From: Octopus sinensis
Lineage: Eukaryota
DNA length: 40,452 nt
Direction: 5' to 3'
Assembly (NCBI RefSeq): GCF_006345805.1
Contig: NW_021835578.1
Coordinates: forward strand, 1 to 40,452
The notes beneath the pieces were generated by a model. That model saw only the letters and a list, made by a program, of their open reading frames with translations. It searched no databases and had not been told where the DNA came from. The position numbers were made by a program, and so were the translations under genes. This document shows positions 13,551 through 23,549 of this stretch, piece by piece (within the stretch, counting starts at the first letter, position 1; each line of letters opens with the position of its first letter).

Positions 13551-13779
13551 TCGGTCTAATCACCCGAAATGATTAACCAAGCCCAGCCGAGGAGGGGCAA
13601 CACACACGTTCGGGTGGCAACACACACAAATACACAGACAAACACACATATGCGCACACACACACACATGCACACACATACACAGCCCGATCGAACCGCT
13701 TGCTGCTCAGAGCCAAATTTTGTTTTTTCGTCAAATGGTAACATGTTCGACACATTCTCGACGTTTATACGGGATAAAA

Positions 13780-14207
13780 GGATCTTTTCTGTTTCAACGG
13801 CAGTTTTTTTCTAGTGGTGTCATATGAAATTGTCACCCATAATTATGACCCTAGTATCGATCTATTGCATTTCAATCTATTTTAGGGTTAGGGTTGGTTA
13901 GGGTGGGGGGGAAGGGTATATTTTTTCTTCACAAATGTAAATAAACCCAATCTGTTTCTTAAACGAGGAATATATTCATACGGCACAGAATGTTTTTTTT
14001 ACCTCAATAGACGTCATTGATTGGTTGAAATTGCAGAAATTAAAGAAAAAATAACAACAAATATCTTAAAAACTATGAATTTTCCTCATAAAGTCCAAGA
14101 GAAAAAGATGTTTTATAAAACATTCTACCAGTATATATGAAGTTTAAAAGTGTTTAGTTACGTGGAAATTATGTTAAAAAAAACTGCCGGTCAAACCGAA
14201 AAGATCC
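13780..14207. mobile_element. Non-autonomous DNA transposon (MITE), about 31-bp TIRs, 8-bp TSD GGATAAAA; Merlin-like by inference
   Basis: Left GGATCTTTTCTGTTTCAACGGCAGTTTTTTT vs reverse-complemented right GGATCTTTTCGGTTTGACCGGCAGTTTTTTT. GGATAAAA at 13772-13779 and 14208-14215. Confidence 0.85.
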
Positions 14208-14402
14208 GGATAAAAAAATAGTGGGAAGGAGTAGAGGCCGTGCAATGTTGTGAGTTGCTCGTGATGACGTAGGCACCTTAAATCATCAGCGAAAGTCTGG
14301 GACATGTTAGTAAACTGTACTCGCTCGAGAGTGACGGCCGTGGGGCTTTGAATGATGATGATGATGATGATGGTGGTGGTGATGGTGGTGGTGGTGGTGG
14401 TA

Positions 14403-14540
14403 GGATTACTCATTTTTGCCAGCTGAGAGGACTGAAGCAACGTGGAAATGAAGTGTTTTGCATCGCCCGGTCCAGGAATCGAAACCACAACCTTACGATC
14501 ATGAGTTCAACACCCTAACCACTAAGCCACGCGCCTCCAC
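14403..14540 (-). mobile_element. tRNA-derived SINE family C, 5' part
   Basis: Reverse complement starts GTGGAGGCGCGTGGCTTAGTGGTTAGGG (A box) and has GGTTTCGATTCC (B box). Confidence 0.75.
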
Positions 14541-14589
14541 AATTCTGACATTACCCCTGTAAAAAAAAAACCTTATAAAAGGAGAAAGG

Positions 14590-14820
14590 GCTCTTGCCCA
14601 GTTGACCAGGCACCCGAGGCTTTTATGGGTTTTTTTTCTACAAGTAATCTTCAAAGCGCCTCCCCCTATTGGGAGCTTTTACTTGTTATATTGTTATTTT
14701 CATTATCAAATGTACACACGATTGTTTTGGGGTTTTTTTCCGCAAAACCCTTTGAATATTGTCTTGTGTTGTGCTTTAACGTTTTGATTTGCTTTAGCCC
14801 GTGTGGCCAATAAAAAGAAT
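14590..14820 (+). mobile_element. Probable LINE 3' end (5'-truncated)
   Basis: Aligns to the reverse complement of 29775-30000. Ends TTAGCCCGTGTGGCCAATAAAAAGAA before (TAT)n. Confidence 0.5.
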
Positions 14821-14834
14821 TGTTATTATTATTA

Positions 14835-15350
14835 AGGCGGCGAGCTGGCAGAATCGATTGCACGCCGGGACAAAAGTGCTTAGCGATATACTTCGCCAGC
14901 CGTCACGTTCCGAGTTCAAATTCTGCTGTAGTCGACTTTGCCTTTCATCCTTTTTAGGTCAATAAATTAAGTACCTGCCAAGTACTGGAGTCGATGTGAT
15001 CGACTATCCCCCACATCCGACAAATTCCGCTGAGGTCGACTTTGCCTGTCATCCTTTCGGGGTCGATAAATTAAGTACCAGTTATGCACTGGGGTCGATC
15101 TAATCGACTTAATCCGTTTGTTTGTCCTTGTTTGTCCTTGTGGGTAGTAAAGTGTGTAGCCCCTTGTGGGTAGTAAAGAAATAGGTATTTAGTCTGTCTT
15201 TACATTCTGAGTTCAAATTCCGCCGAGGTCGACTTTGTCTTTCATCCTTTCGGGGTCGATAAATTAAGTACCTGTTGCATACTGGGGTCGAACTAGTCTA
15301 CTGTCCCCCTCCCCAAAAAATTTCTGGCCTTGTGCCTAGAGTAGAAAAGG
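14835..15350 (+). mobile_element. SINE family B composite (three central-domain modules)
   Basis: Head GGCGGCGAGCTGGCAGAATCG, B box GAGTTCAAATTC, three copies of GTCGACTTTGCCTTTCATCCTTTCGGGGTCGATAAATTAAGTACC, and two different tails. Confidence 0.85.
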
Positions 15351-15352
15351 AT

Positions 15353-15555
15353 ATTGTGCTTTCGATTCCGGGACTGATAATGTGTTGTGTTCTTGAGCAA
15401 CCCACTTCATTCCACTTCATTCCACGTTACTTCAGTCCATTCAGCTAGCAAAAACGAATAATCCTGCGTCGGACAGGTGTCCCATCCAGGGGGAATATAT
15501 GCACCACCGACACAGGGAAACTGGACCTATGAATCTATAAGATTCGGGAAGGAGC
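15353..15555 (+). mobile_element. SINE family C, 5'-truncated
   Basis: GCTTTCGATTCC...GTTCTTGAGCAA...CAGCTAGCAAAAACGAATAATCCTGCG matches 14403-14490 reverse-complemented. Confidence 0.65.
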
Positions 15556-15670
15556 TCCTCCTAATTTCAAGCAACAACATAAACAATAACATTATTTAAA
15601 AATAAAGCTTTCCTACATTGTTATGGCAACCCCAAGTAAATCCTAAGGTACCTTTATATATATATATATA

Positions 15671-16088
15671 CTCTTTACTCTTTTACTTGTTTCAGTCATT
15701 TGACTGCGGCCATGCTGGAGCACCACCTTTAGTCGAGCAACTCGACCCCGGGACTTATTCTTTTGTAAGCCCAGTACTTATTCTATCGGTCTCTTTTGCC
15801 GAACCGCTAAGTGACCGAGACGTAAACACACCAGCATCGGCTAGAGGGACAAACACAGACAAACATATACTCACACACACACACACACACATATATACGA
15901 CACACACATATATATACATATATACGACAGGCTTCTTTCAGTTTCCGTCTACCAAATCCACTCACAAGGCATTGGTCGACCCGGGGCTATAGCAGAAGAC
16001 ACTTGCCCAAGGTGCCACGCAGTGGGACTGAACTCGGAACCATGTGGTTGGTAAGCAAGCTACTTACCACACAGCCACTCCTACGCCT
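15671..16088 (-). mobile_element. CORE-type SINE family A, full length with 13-nt internal deletion
   Basis: Reverse complement has a tRNA-like head, the CORE-like GGCACCTTGGGCAAGTGTCTTC, an internal microsatellite and the tail GCATGGCCGCAGTCAAATGACTGAAACAAGTAAAAGAG. Confidence 0.9.
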
Positions 16089-16200
16089 ATATATATATAT
16101 ATGTATCAATTGAAATACATATATCCTCTCACCTATGCTACTAGCTGACATATACAGGTGCTTACATTTATCACATTCACCTTGAATTTATATATATATA

Positions 16201-16238
<38 letters not shown>

Positions 16239-16554
16239 CTGAAAATTTGAAAAGCTTTTGAAGAAATCATAGAAAATCCTGAACGTAATTACTAAGCGGA
16301 AATTTATATACACAATCCACCTCGTGCCTCTATTATTGTTGTTCAATACAGGATAAGCTTTCCTTGCCCGTGTCAACGCGCTGGAAACTATGCGAAATCA
16401 GGTGTTATATTATGAAAACTTCTGCGCCCCAATACAGAACGAAGACCACACAAACAGGTTGAAATTATTACGTGATATTTGAACATTAAATTGAGGATCT
16501 ACCGAAGATAATGAGGCTGAGAGAAGAATCCTGTTACGGCGTGGGTAAATGTGT

Positions 16555-16724
16555 CACGGTTGTGGATGGACGGATGGATGAATGGATAGGTAGGTAGGTA
16601 GGTAGGTAGGTAGACACAGAGGTAGGCAAGTAAATAGAGATACAGCCATATAAATAAATAGAGATAAACATAGACAGAAAGTCAGATTGATAGATAGAAA
16701 TAGACAGGCAGATAGACAGACAGG

Positions 16725-16817
<93 letters not shown>
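16555..16817. repeat. (GGAT)/(AGGT)/(GATA)n microsatellite
   Basis: Long nearly pure (GATA)n at about 16722-16817. Confidence 0.95.
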
Positions 16818-17104
16818 CAAATCCTTCCTCCATCGATACCTTAACCCATCTATAAGTAATAAATATGAAGGCAAGATGTACACAACTCTTATTAAAGAAA
16901 TCTGGTTCAACGGAATGTGCTCGGGGTTAAACAACAGGCAATCTTAAATATAAACAAACATCGCCGGGAACCTTTCCAGAAGCACACATACGGACACACG
17001 TACAGCCATATTTACACACACACACAAATTGTCGATTTGTTTATATACGCATAATTGTTGAATAGCAATTCGCCGTCGCCGTGTTAATAGACCCCGCGGT
17101 TTAA

Positions 17105-17347
17105 GGTACTGCTTTGAGAACAGTGGTACCGGTGCGCGCACTCGCGTACCCGCGCATCCGCGCTAGCTAGTCATGACTAGTCGATCCTTACTTTGTGTTT
17201 TTGTGTTTTATTTACTTTGTGTACCAAAATTATTTATTTTGTGTTTTATTTACTTTGCTCGGTAGCCGTTGTAGGATCGACAGGTCACGACTAGCTAGCG
17301 CGGATGAACGACTGCGCGCACCGGGACCACTGCTTTCAAGTAGTACC
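17105..17347. repeat. GC-rich inverted repeat (about 80-bp arms, T-rich 80-nt spacer), possible fold-back MITE
   Basis: Arm 17105-17190 pairs with arm 17272-17347 (for example CATCCGCGCTAGCTAGTC / GACTAGCTAGCGCGGATG). Confidence 0.8.
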
Positions 17348-17770
17348 TATTTCTTTATTGCCCACAAGGGGCTAAGCAGAGAAGGGACAAACAAGGACAG
17401 ACAAATGGTTTAAGTCGATTACGCCGACCCCAGTGCGTAACTGGTACTTAATTTATCGACCCCGAAAGGATGAAAGGCAAAGACGACCTCGGCGGAATTT
17501 GAACTCAGAACGTAACGGCAGACGAAATACCTATTTCTTTACTACCCACAAGGGGCTAAACACAGAGAGGACAAACAAGGACAGACATAGGTATTAAGTC
17601 GATTTCATCGACCCCAGTGCATAAGTGGTACTTAATTTATCGACCCCGAGAGGATGAAAGGCAAAGACGACCTCGGCGGAATTTGAACTCAGAACGTAAC
17701 GGCAGACGAAATACGGCTACGCATTTCGCCCGGAGAGAGAAATTTCGCCCGCATTTCTGCCAGCTCGCCG
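17348..17770 (-). mobile_element. SINE family B dimer with 12-bp TSD
   Basis: TCAAGTAGTACC at 17336-17347 and 17774-17785. Unit junction at 17531/17532. Confidence 0.9.
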
Positions 17771-18039
17771 TTCTCAAGTAGTACCGTGGTTTAAATACAA
17801 CGGGTTTTTAACATTATTTATTATTGAAGACTATTTACACTGAAAGGCTTAAAAATGTTTATCAATCATACGCATTTGAGATTTATTCGCAACCTGTTTG
17901 TCACATGCGCGCCGTGTCAAAATCGCTTCTGTTATTTTACACACACACAAACTAACATACATACATGGCTGTTATTTCTAGCACATGCCTCCTCGTTTGT
18001 TTATCAATATCGATAACGCAGCAAATGATTTCAGCTCAA

Positions 18040-18226
18040 AAGAGAGCATACGATTGGTTAAAATTCGAAGAATTAAACTACGTTAAACTTACAAATTACA
18101 AATTTATCAAAAAAGCCAAGTGAAAATAACGTTTTCTTTTGACACATTCTACCAGTATACAAAGTTTCAAATTGTTTAGTTAACTACAAATTGTGTTGAA
18201 TTCCGTCTATCGAAAGGAAAAGATCC
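18040..18226. mobile_element. Right end of an element related to the 13780-14207 MITE
   Basis: GATTGGTTAAAATT, ACATTCTACCAGTATA...AAGTTT...TGTTTAGTTA and terminal GAAAAGATCC are shared with 14020-14207. Left end not found. Confidence 0.6.
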
Positions 18227-18339
18227 AAGGTGAATGCTTTATATTAAAGCAACATTTAAAAGAAGTTATATACTTGAAACGATGACAGGCTTATGGGACA
18301 CACTGCCCCGCTCCACACAAGTGTTGTGTGTGTGTACAA

Positions 18340-18560
18340 TGTATGTATCTTTATCTTCCTGTCCCCGATTGATCGCCGGTGTTGGTTTGTTTAGGTCCCT
18401 CTTACTTAGCAGCTCGGCAAAAAGGGCCGATGGACATTAAGTACCATTGACATACCAAAAAAAAAAGACAAGTCCTGCGATCGATTTGTTTGACAAAAAA
18501 TACCATTCGATTGCAGTGACCAAGCATGGCCGCAGTCCAATGACTGATACAAGTAAAAGA
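18340..18560 (+). mobile_element. Old SINE family A, 3' half
   Basis: Ends AGCATGGCCGCAGTCCAATGACTGATACAAGTAAAAGA. Confidence 0.7.
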
Positions 18561-18609
18561 CAGACAGACGGACGGACAGATAGGCAGGCAGGCAACTAGC
18601 TAGCTAGCT

Positions 18610-18647
<38 letters not shown>

Positions 18648-18997
18648 AGGAGAGGATGGCTAGACAGACAGATAGACAGACAGACAGACAGAGAGAGAGG
18701 ATGGCTAGACAGACAGACAGACAGACAGATAGAGAGAGAGAGAGAGAGAGAGAGGATGGCTAGACAGACAGACAGACAGAGAGAGAGAGAGGATGGCTTG
18801 ACAGACAGACAGACAGACAGATAGATAGAGAGATAGATATATAGAGAGAGAGGATGGCTAGACAGACAGATAGACAGATAGATAGACAGAGAGAGAGAGA
18901 GAGAGAGAGAGAAGATGGCTAGACAGACAGACACACAGACAGATAGAGAGAGAGAGAGAGAGAGGAAGAGAGAGGATGGCTAGACAGACAGACAGAC

Positions 18998-19033
<36 letters not shown>

Positions 19034-19115
19034 GATGGCTAGACAGACAGACAAACAGACAGACAAACAGGCGGACAGACAGACAGAGAGATAGATAGAT
19101 AGATAGAGAGAGAGA
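18560..19115. repeat. Compound VNTR: GGATGGCTA-(GACA)n-(GA)n, eight copies
   Basis: A fixed GGATGGCT-like marker recurs between variable microsatellite runs. Confidence 0.9.
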
Positions 19116-19362
19116 CTCATACGCAAGCACATCACAAATCTAGGAACACACACGAACATAACGATTCCTGCACACACGCAGACAGTATCACAACCAAATA
19201 ACACAAACACACAGACACACAATCTGCGAGTCAAGAATTGCGACCTCTGCTTGATCGATAGGATTTCAAGAAATGGCAGTCAATCGCCCTCAAATCAGAA
19301 GCTAACGCCGTAAATAATGGGAAAGACATGTCGGATAATATAACCTTCGATACGTTACGTAT

Positions 19363-19790
19363 ACTATTTTACTCTTTAACTTGTTTCAGTCATTTTGACT
19401 GCGGCCATGCTGGAGCACCACCTTTAGTCGAGCAAATCGACCCCGGGACTTATTCTTTTGTGAGCCCAGTACTTATTCTATCGGTCTCTTTTGCCGAACC
19501 GCTAAGTGACGGGGACGTAAACACACCAGCATCGGTTGTCAAGCAATATTGGGGTGGGGGGGAGACAAACACAGAAACATATGCACACACGTATACTCAT
19601 ATATATATATATATATATATACACATACACACGACGGGCTTCTTCCAGTTTCCGTCTACCAAATCCACTCACAAGGCATTGGTCGGCCCGGGACTATAGC
19701 AAAAGACACTTGCCCAAGGTGCCACGCAGTGGGACTGAACCCGGAACCATGTGGTTGGTAAGCAAGCTACTTACCACACAGCCACTCCTA
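19363..19790 (-). mobile_element. SINE family A, full length
   Basis: Aligns end to end with 15671-16088. Confidence 0.9.
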
Positions 19791-19794
19791 TATA

Positions 19795-19830
<36 letters not shown>

Positions 19831-19993
19831 TAGGTGTAGCTGTGTGGTAAGTAGCTTGCTTCCCAACTACATGGTTTCGGGTTCAATCCCACTGCGTGGC
19901 ACCTTGGGCAAGTGTCTTTTGCTATAGCCCCGGGCCGACCGAAACCTTGTAAGTGGATCTGGTAGACGGAAACGGGAAGAAGCCCGTCGTGTG

Positions 19994-20046
<53 letters not shown>

Positions 20047-20260
20047 TGTGTGTGTGTATGTATGTATGTGTGTTTGTGTCAGTGTTTCTCCCCATCATCG
20101 CTTGACAACCGATGTTGATGTGTTTACGTCCTCGTAACTTAGCGGGTCGTTAAAACGGACCTATAGAATAAATACTAGGCTTACAAAGAATAAATCTTGT
20201 TTGGACTAAAATGCGGTGCTCCAGCATGGCCGTAGTCAAATGACTGAAACAAGTAAAAGA
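19831..20260 (+). mobile_element. SINE family A, near full length, head-to-head with the previous copy
   Basis: GTAGCTGTGTGGTAAGTAGCTTGC...GGCACCTTGGGCAAGTGTC...GACTGAAACAAGTAAAAGA. Confidence 0.9.
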
Positions 20261-20269
20261 ATATGATGA

Positions 20270-20382
20270 GCTTGCACACAATTTCCGTCTGCCAAATTCA
20301 GTCATAAGGCCTTCGGTCGGCCCGAGGATAAAGTAGAAGATACTTTGCCCAAAATGTCACTCAGCGGGACCGAACCCGATAC
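20270..20382 (-). mobile_element. Old SINE family A, 5' fragment
   Basis: TTTCCGTCTGCCAAATTC...GGTCGGCCCGAGG...TTTGCCCAAAATGTCAC. Confidence 0.6.
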
Positions 20383-20409
20383 CAGGTGGTTGCACAGATG
20401 CACATATGG

Positions 20410-20441
<32 letters not shown>

Positions 20442-20829
20442 ATGCATAGCTTCCACACACACACATGTAAACAAACATACAGAGATCGAGATCCCAAACA
20501 TACTAGTTACTAGGCTTGCTAGAAATCTGCCCCAAATCATACGCAGCCGGAAATTTGGCTGCTCTTTCTAGCTTGCCGCCCGAGCGACACGATGGTTAGT
20601 ACAGTTCGTTGCACACCACAGGAAAGAAAAAGAGGGTCACGGTTAGAGCGCCAGGCCTGTTCGATCGAATCTGATCTGGGGCTAAACAAAGAACTACGCG
20701 GGCATACATACATACAGACAGACAGACGTATACAGAGACACATACACACACATATATAAAGTATAAGAACAGGTGTAAACACGAACACACACATACAAAC
20801 ACGTGTGTTTAGACTTATACACAATTAAG

Positions 20830-20860
<31 letters not shown>

Positions 20861-20938
20861 ACACACGTGAAGCATACATACATACATACAAATGTACATA
20901 CATACAGATACTTAGGCACGCATGGACGGATAAATACC

Positions 20939-21123
20939 TATTTCTTTACTACCCACAAGGGGCTAAACAAGGACAGACAAACGGATTAAGTCGATTATAT
21001 CGACCCAGTGCGTAACTGGTACTTATTTAATTGACCCCGAAAGGATGAAAGGCAAAGTCGACCTCGGCGGAATTTGAACTCAGAAGATAACGGCAGATGA
21101 AATACCTATTTCTTTACTACCCA
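20939..21123 (-). mobile_element. SINE family B head-less unit plus the tail of a second unit
   Basis: Tail TATTTCTTTACTACCCACAAGGGG at 20939 and again at 21107, after AAATACC. Confidence 0.85.
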
Positions 21124-21133
21124 CCGTCGTGTG

Positions 21134-21211
<78 letters not shown>

Positions 21212-21503
21212 AGTGCATGTATGTGTGCCTGTGTTTGTACCCCCAACATCGGTTGGACAAACATAGACACACAAAAATATATACACACACACATACATAC
21301 ATATATATATATATACATACATACATACATACATATATACGACGGGCTTCTTTCAGTTTCCGTCTACCAAATCCACTCACAACGCTATAGTCGGCCCGAG
21401 GCTATAATAGAAGACATTTGCGCAAGGTGCCACGCAGTGGGACTGAACCCGGAACCATGTGGTTGGTAAGCAAGCTACTTACCACACAGCCACTCCTACG
21501 TCT
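21124..21503 (-). mobile_element. Rearranged SINE family A (5' half plus inverted middle segment)
   Basis: 21124-21250 is the plus-orientation middle segment; 21257-21503 is the minus-orientation 5' half. Confidence 0.8.
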
Positions 21504-21545
21504 GTGTGTGTGTGTGTGTGTGTGTGTGTTAGCAAATATGTTTTT

Positions 21546-21576
<31 letters not shown>

Positions 21577-21717
21577 GACTCGCCGTTATCAAAGGGTGGG
21601 GACGAAATGAGGAAGGTACCAGGTGGCTATGGATGTGTTAGAAACAACGGCTAAATGTCCCTTAAATTACACACACTTTCGTCTGAAAATATTTTAAAGA
21701 ATTTATGTATTATTTTT

Positions 21718-21777
21718 CTTTTACTCTTTTACTCTTTTACTTGTTTCAGTCATTTGACTGCGGCCATGCTGGAGCAA
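21718..21777 (-). mobile_element. SINE family A (or partner LINE) tail-only fragment
   Basis: TACTCTTTTACTTGTTTCAGTCATTTGACTGCGGCCATGCTGGAGCA. Confidence 0.75.
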
Positions 21778-21998
21778 ACACAAAGCTTCACATACACAAA
21801 CAAATACATACATATGGCGGAGTTTCGGATCAGGATGCCAACATAGGTTGGATTCCCTTCTAAATTTATGATTTTTGTCAATCTCTCTCCGTCCTCATAT
21901 CAACCGATTTTGGCCAGTTTTTTTTTTTTTACACTACGAACTCAAAAAGGATTGGAGAAGCCTTTACTGTAAAAAAAAAAAAAAAGCAAGGAAAAAGT

Positions 21999-22422
21999 AG
22001 GCGCAGGAGTGGCCGTGTGGTAAGTAGCTTGCTAACCAACCACATGGTTCCGGGTTCAGTCCCACTGCGTGGCTCCTTGGGCAAGTGTCTTCTGCTATAG
22101 CCTCGGGCCGACCAAAGCCTTGTGAGTGGATCTTGTAGACGGAAACTGAAAGAAGCCTGTCGTATATATGTATATATATATATATATATATATGAGTATA
22201 CGTGTGTGTATATGTTTCTGTGTTTGTCCCCCACCCCAATATTGCTTGACAACCGATGCTGGTGTGTTTCCGTCCCTGTAACTTAGCAGTTCGGCAAAAT
22301 AGACCGATAGAATAAGTACTAGGTTTACAAAGAATAAGTCCTGGGGTCGATTTGCTCGACTAAAGGCGGTGCTCCAGCATGGCCACAGTCAAATGACTGA
22401 AGCAAGTAAAAGAGTAGAAGAG
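21999..22422 (+). mobile_element. SINE family A, full length
   Basis: AGGCGCAGGAGTGGCCGTGTGG head through the AAGTAAAAGAGTAGAAGAG tail. Confidence 0.9.
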
Positions 22423-22779
22423 CAAAGAAGAAACTAGTCCCTTAGAAAATCTCTGTTTGAAATAGAAGCTGTATACGAACCAAACATTATTGTACGCTGC
22501 CGCTTTAATGTGGTTGTCCTCTAAGAGACGAACATATTGCCATTTAACCCCAGGAAGACATCTCCTCCAGCTGGTTTATTCAGTGCGCTTCTTGCACCCG
22601 GTAGTTATTGCAAGCGGAAGATAACTCCTGCCACCCTGGCTTCAAGATCATCAGACAACGTGGTTTCGGTTTGCTTTGGATCTCCTCAGTGGTGGGCAAT
22701 TCTACAAATTCCTTTTCAGATAGGGTAGATTGTGTATCGGAATTTAAGGGAGTGAAACAAAATGTGGGATGGGCACCAA

Positions 22780-22908
22780 GAGCAATTGTCCAGAAGCCCC
22801 ATAGATACAGGTGCCCAATTCTAATCTGTGTATGCTGTTACTTCCCGTCGATTATAGGGCCCAGTGCAATGATTAACCCTGGGGCCATCAAATACCGCTA
22901 AAGCGGCT
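22780..22908. mobile_element. Partial copy of the GGGCCC-repeat element at 33027-33601
   Basis: ATAGGGCCCAGTGCAATGATT...GGGGCC...GCTAAAGCGGCT resembles the right end at 33485-33601. Confidence 0.45.
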
Positions 22909-22964
22909 TTCAATGAGGAGGATATTTCTCATATCTTGACTTCGTTATATTTTATCGTTTACAA

Positions 22965-23087
22965 CAGGGGTTCTTAGCTGAAATCTATATGGCCCCTAAG
23001 GTGTCATATAATTTTTTTTTGGTGGGGGTGGGGGGGTCCACTCAACATAATAATGGGGAATCCACAATAGTATTTTAAGGACCCCTG
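22965..23087. mobile_element. Possible short hAT-like MITE
   Basis: TIRs CAGGGGTTCTTA / TAAGGACCCCTG. No clean TSD. Confidence 0.4.
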
Positions 23088-23204
23088 AAAAATATTTGCT
23101 TTAGATATATGTATTGCAAAACATTCTATGTAGTTCAACCTACACAATTTAATGTGGAAAAAACAAAATAGGGGTTAACTGAAACAATATATATATCATT
23201 ATCA

Positions 23205-23270
23205 TAATCATCATCAGTTAACGACCGTTTTCCATGATGTCATGGGTTGGACGACTTGACAGGAACCGGC
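23205..23270 (-). mobile_element. RTE-type LINE 3' tail with (GAT)n
   Basis: Reverse complement GTCCAACCCATGACATCATGGAAAACGGTCGTTAACTGATGATGA matches 26511-26580. Confidence 0.55.
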
Positions 23271-23288
23271 AAAGCCCATTATATATAT

Positions 23289-23344
<56 letters not shown>

Positions 23345-23345
<1 letters not shown>

Positions 23346-23540
23346 CGCCATGTTGAATCGTTAGCCCCTACACGCAATTTTTTTCTCTCCTTGTTTCTTT
23401 TCTGTGTAACTTTCTGTCGAAGAGCGTAGGCTCGAAACGTAAAAGACTTGTTTTATTTCTATTCCTGAGCGCCATACTAATACAATTGTTTGTACTCCAC
23501 CTGCCTTCGTCTTTTGTTTATTTTCGCAAACCTTCCCGTT
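23345..23540 (+). mobile_element. Penelope-like pLTR fragment (copy C) between (TA)n runs
   Basis: Contains CTTT-CTGTCGA-A-GAGC-GTAG-GCTC-GAAAC-GTA-AAAG. Homologous to 7215-7378. Confidence 0.65.
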
Positions 23541-23549
23541 ATATATATA

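Noticed and set aside
13881-13903. Telomere or chromosome-fusion remnant
   Set aside because: Only three TTAGGG units, and they lie inside a TSD-bounded MITE.
14480-14540. tRNA genes at the SINE heads (families A, B, C)
   Set aside because: A and B boxes are present, but no complete cloverleaf could be built and each head runs straight into SINE body sequence.
16350-16415. Peptide ISFPCPCQRAGNYAKSGVIL resembling the CALHM F-x-CPC motif
   Set aside because: A stop codon follows immediately, there are no transmembrane segments, and such a short match is expected by chance.
22553-22740. Unique stretch with a CAG acceptor and open frames on both strands
   Set aside because: No recognisable domain and no convincing donor. 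It could be an exon or decayed LINE coding DNA, but neither is supportable.
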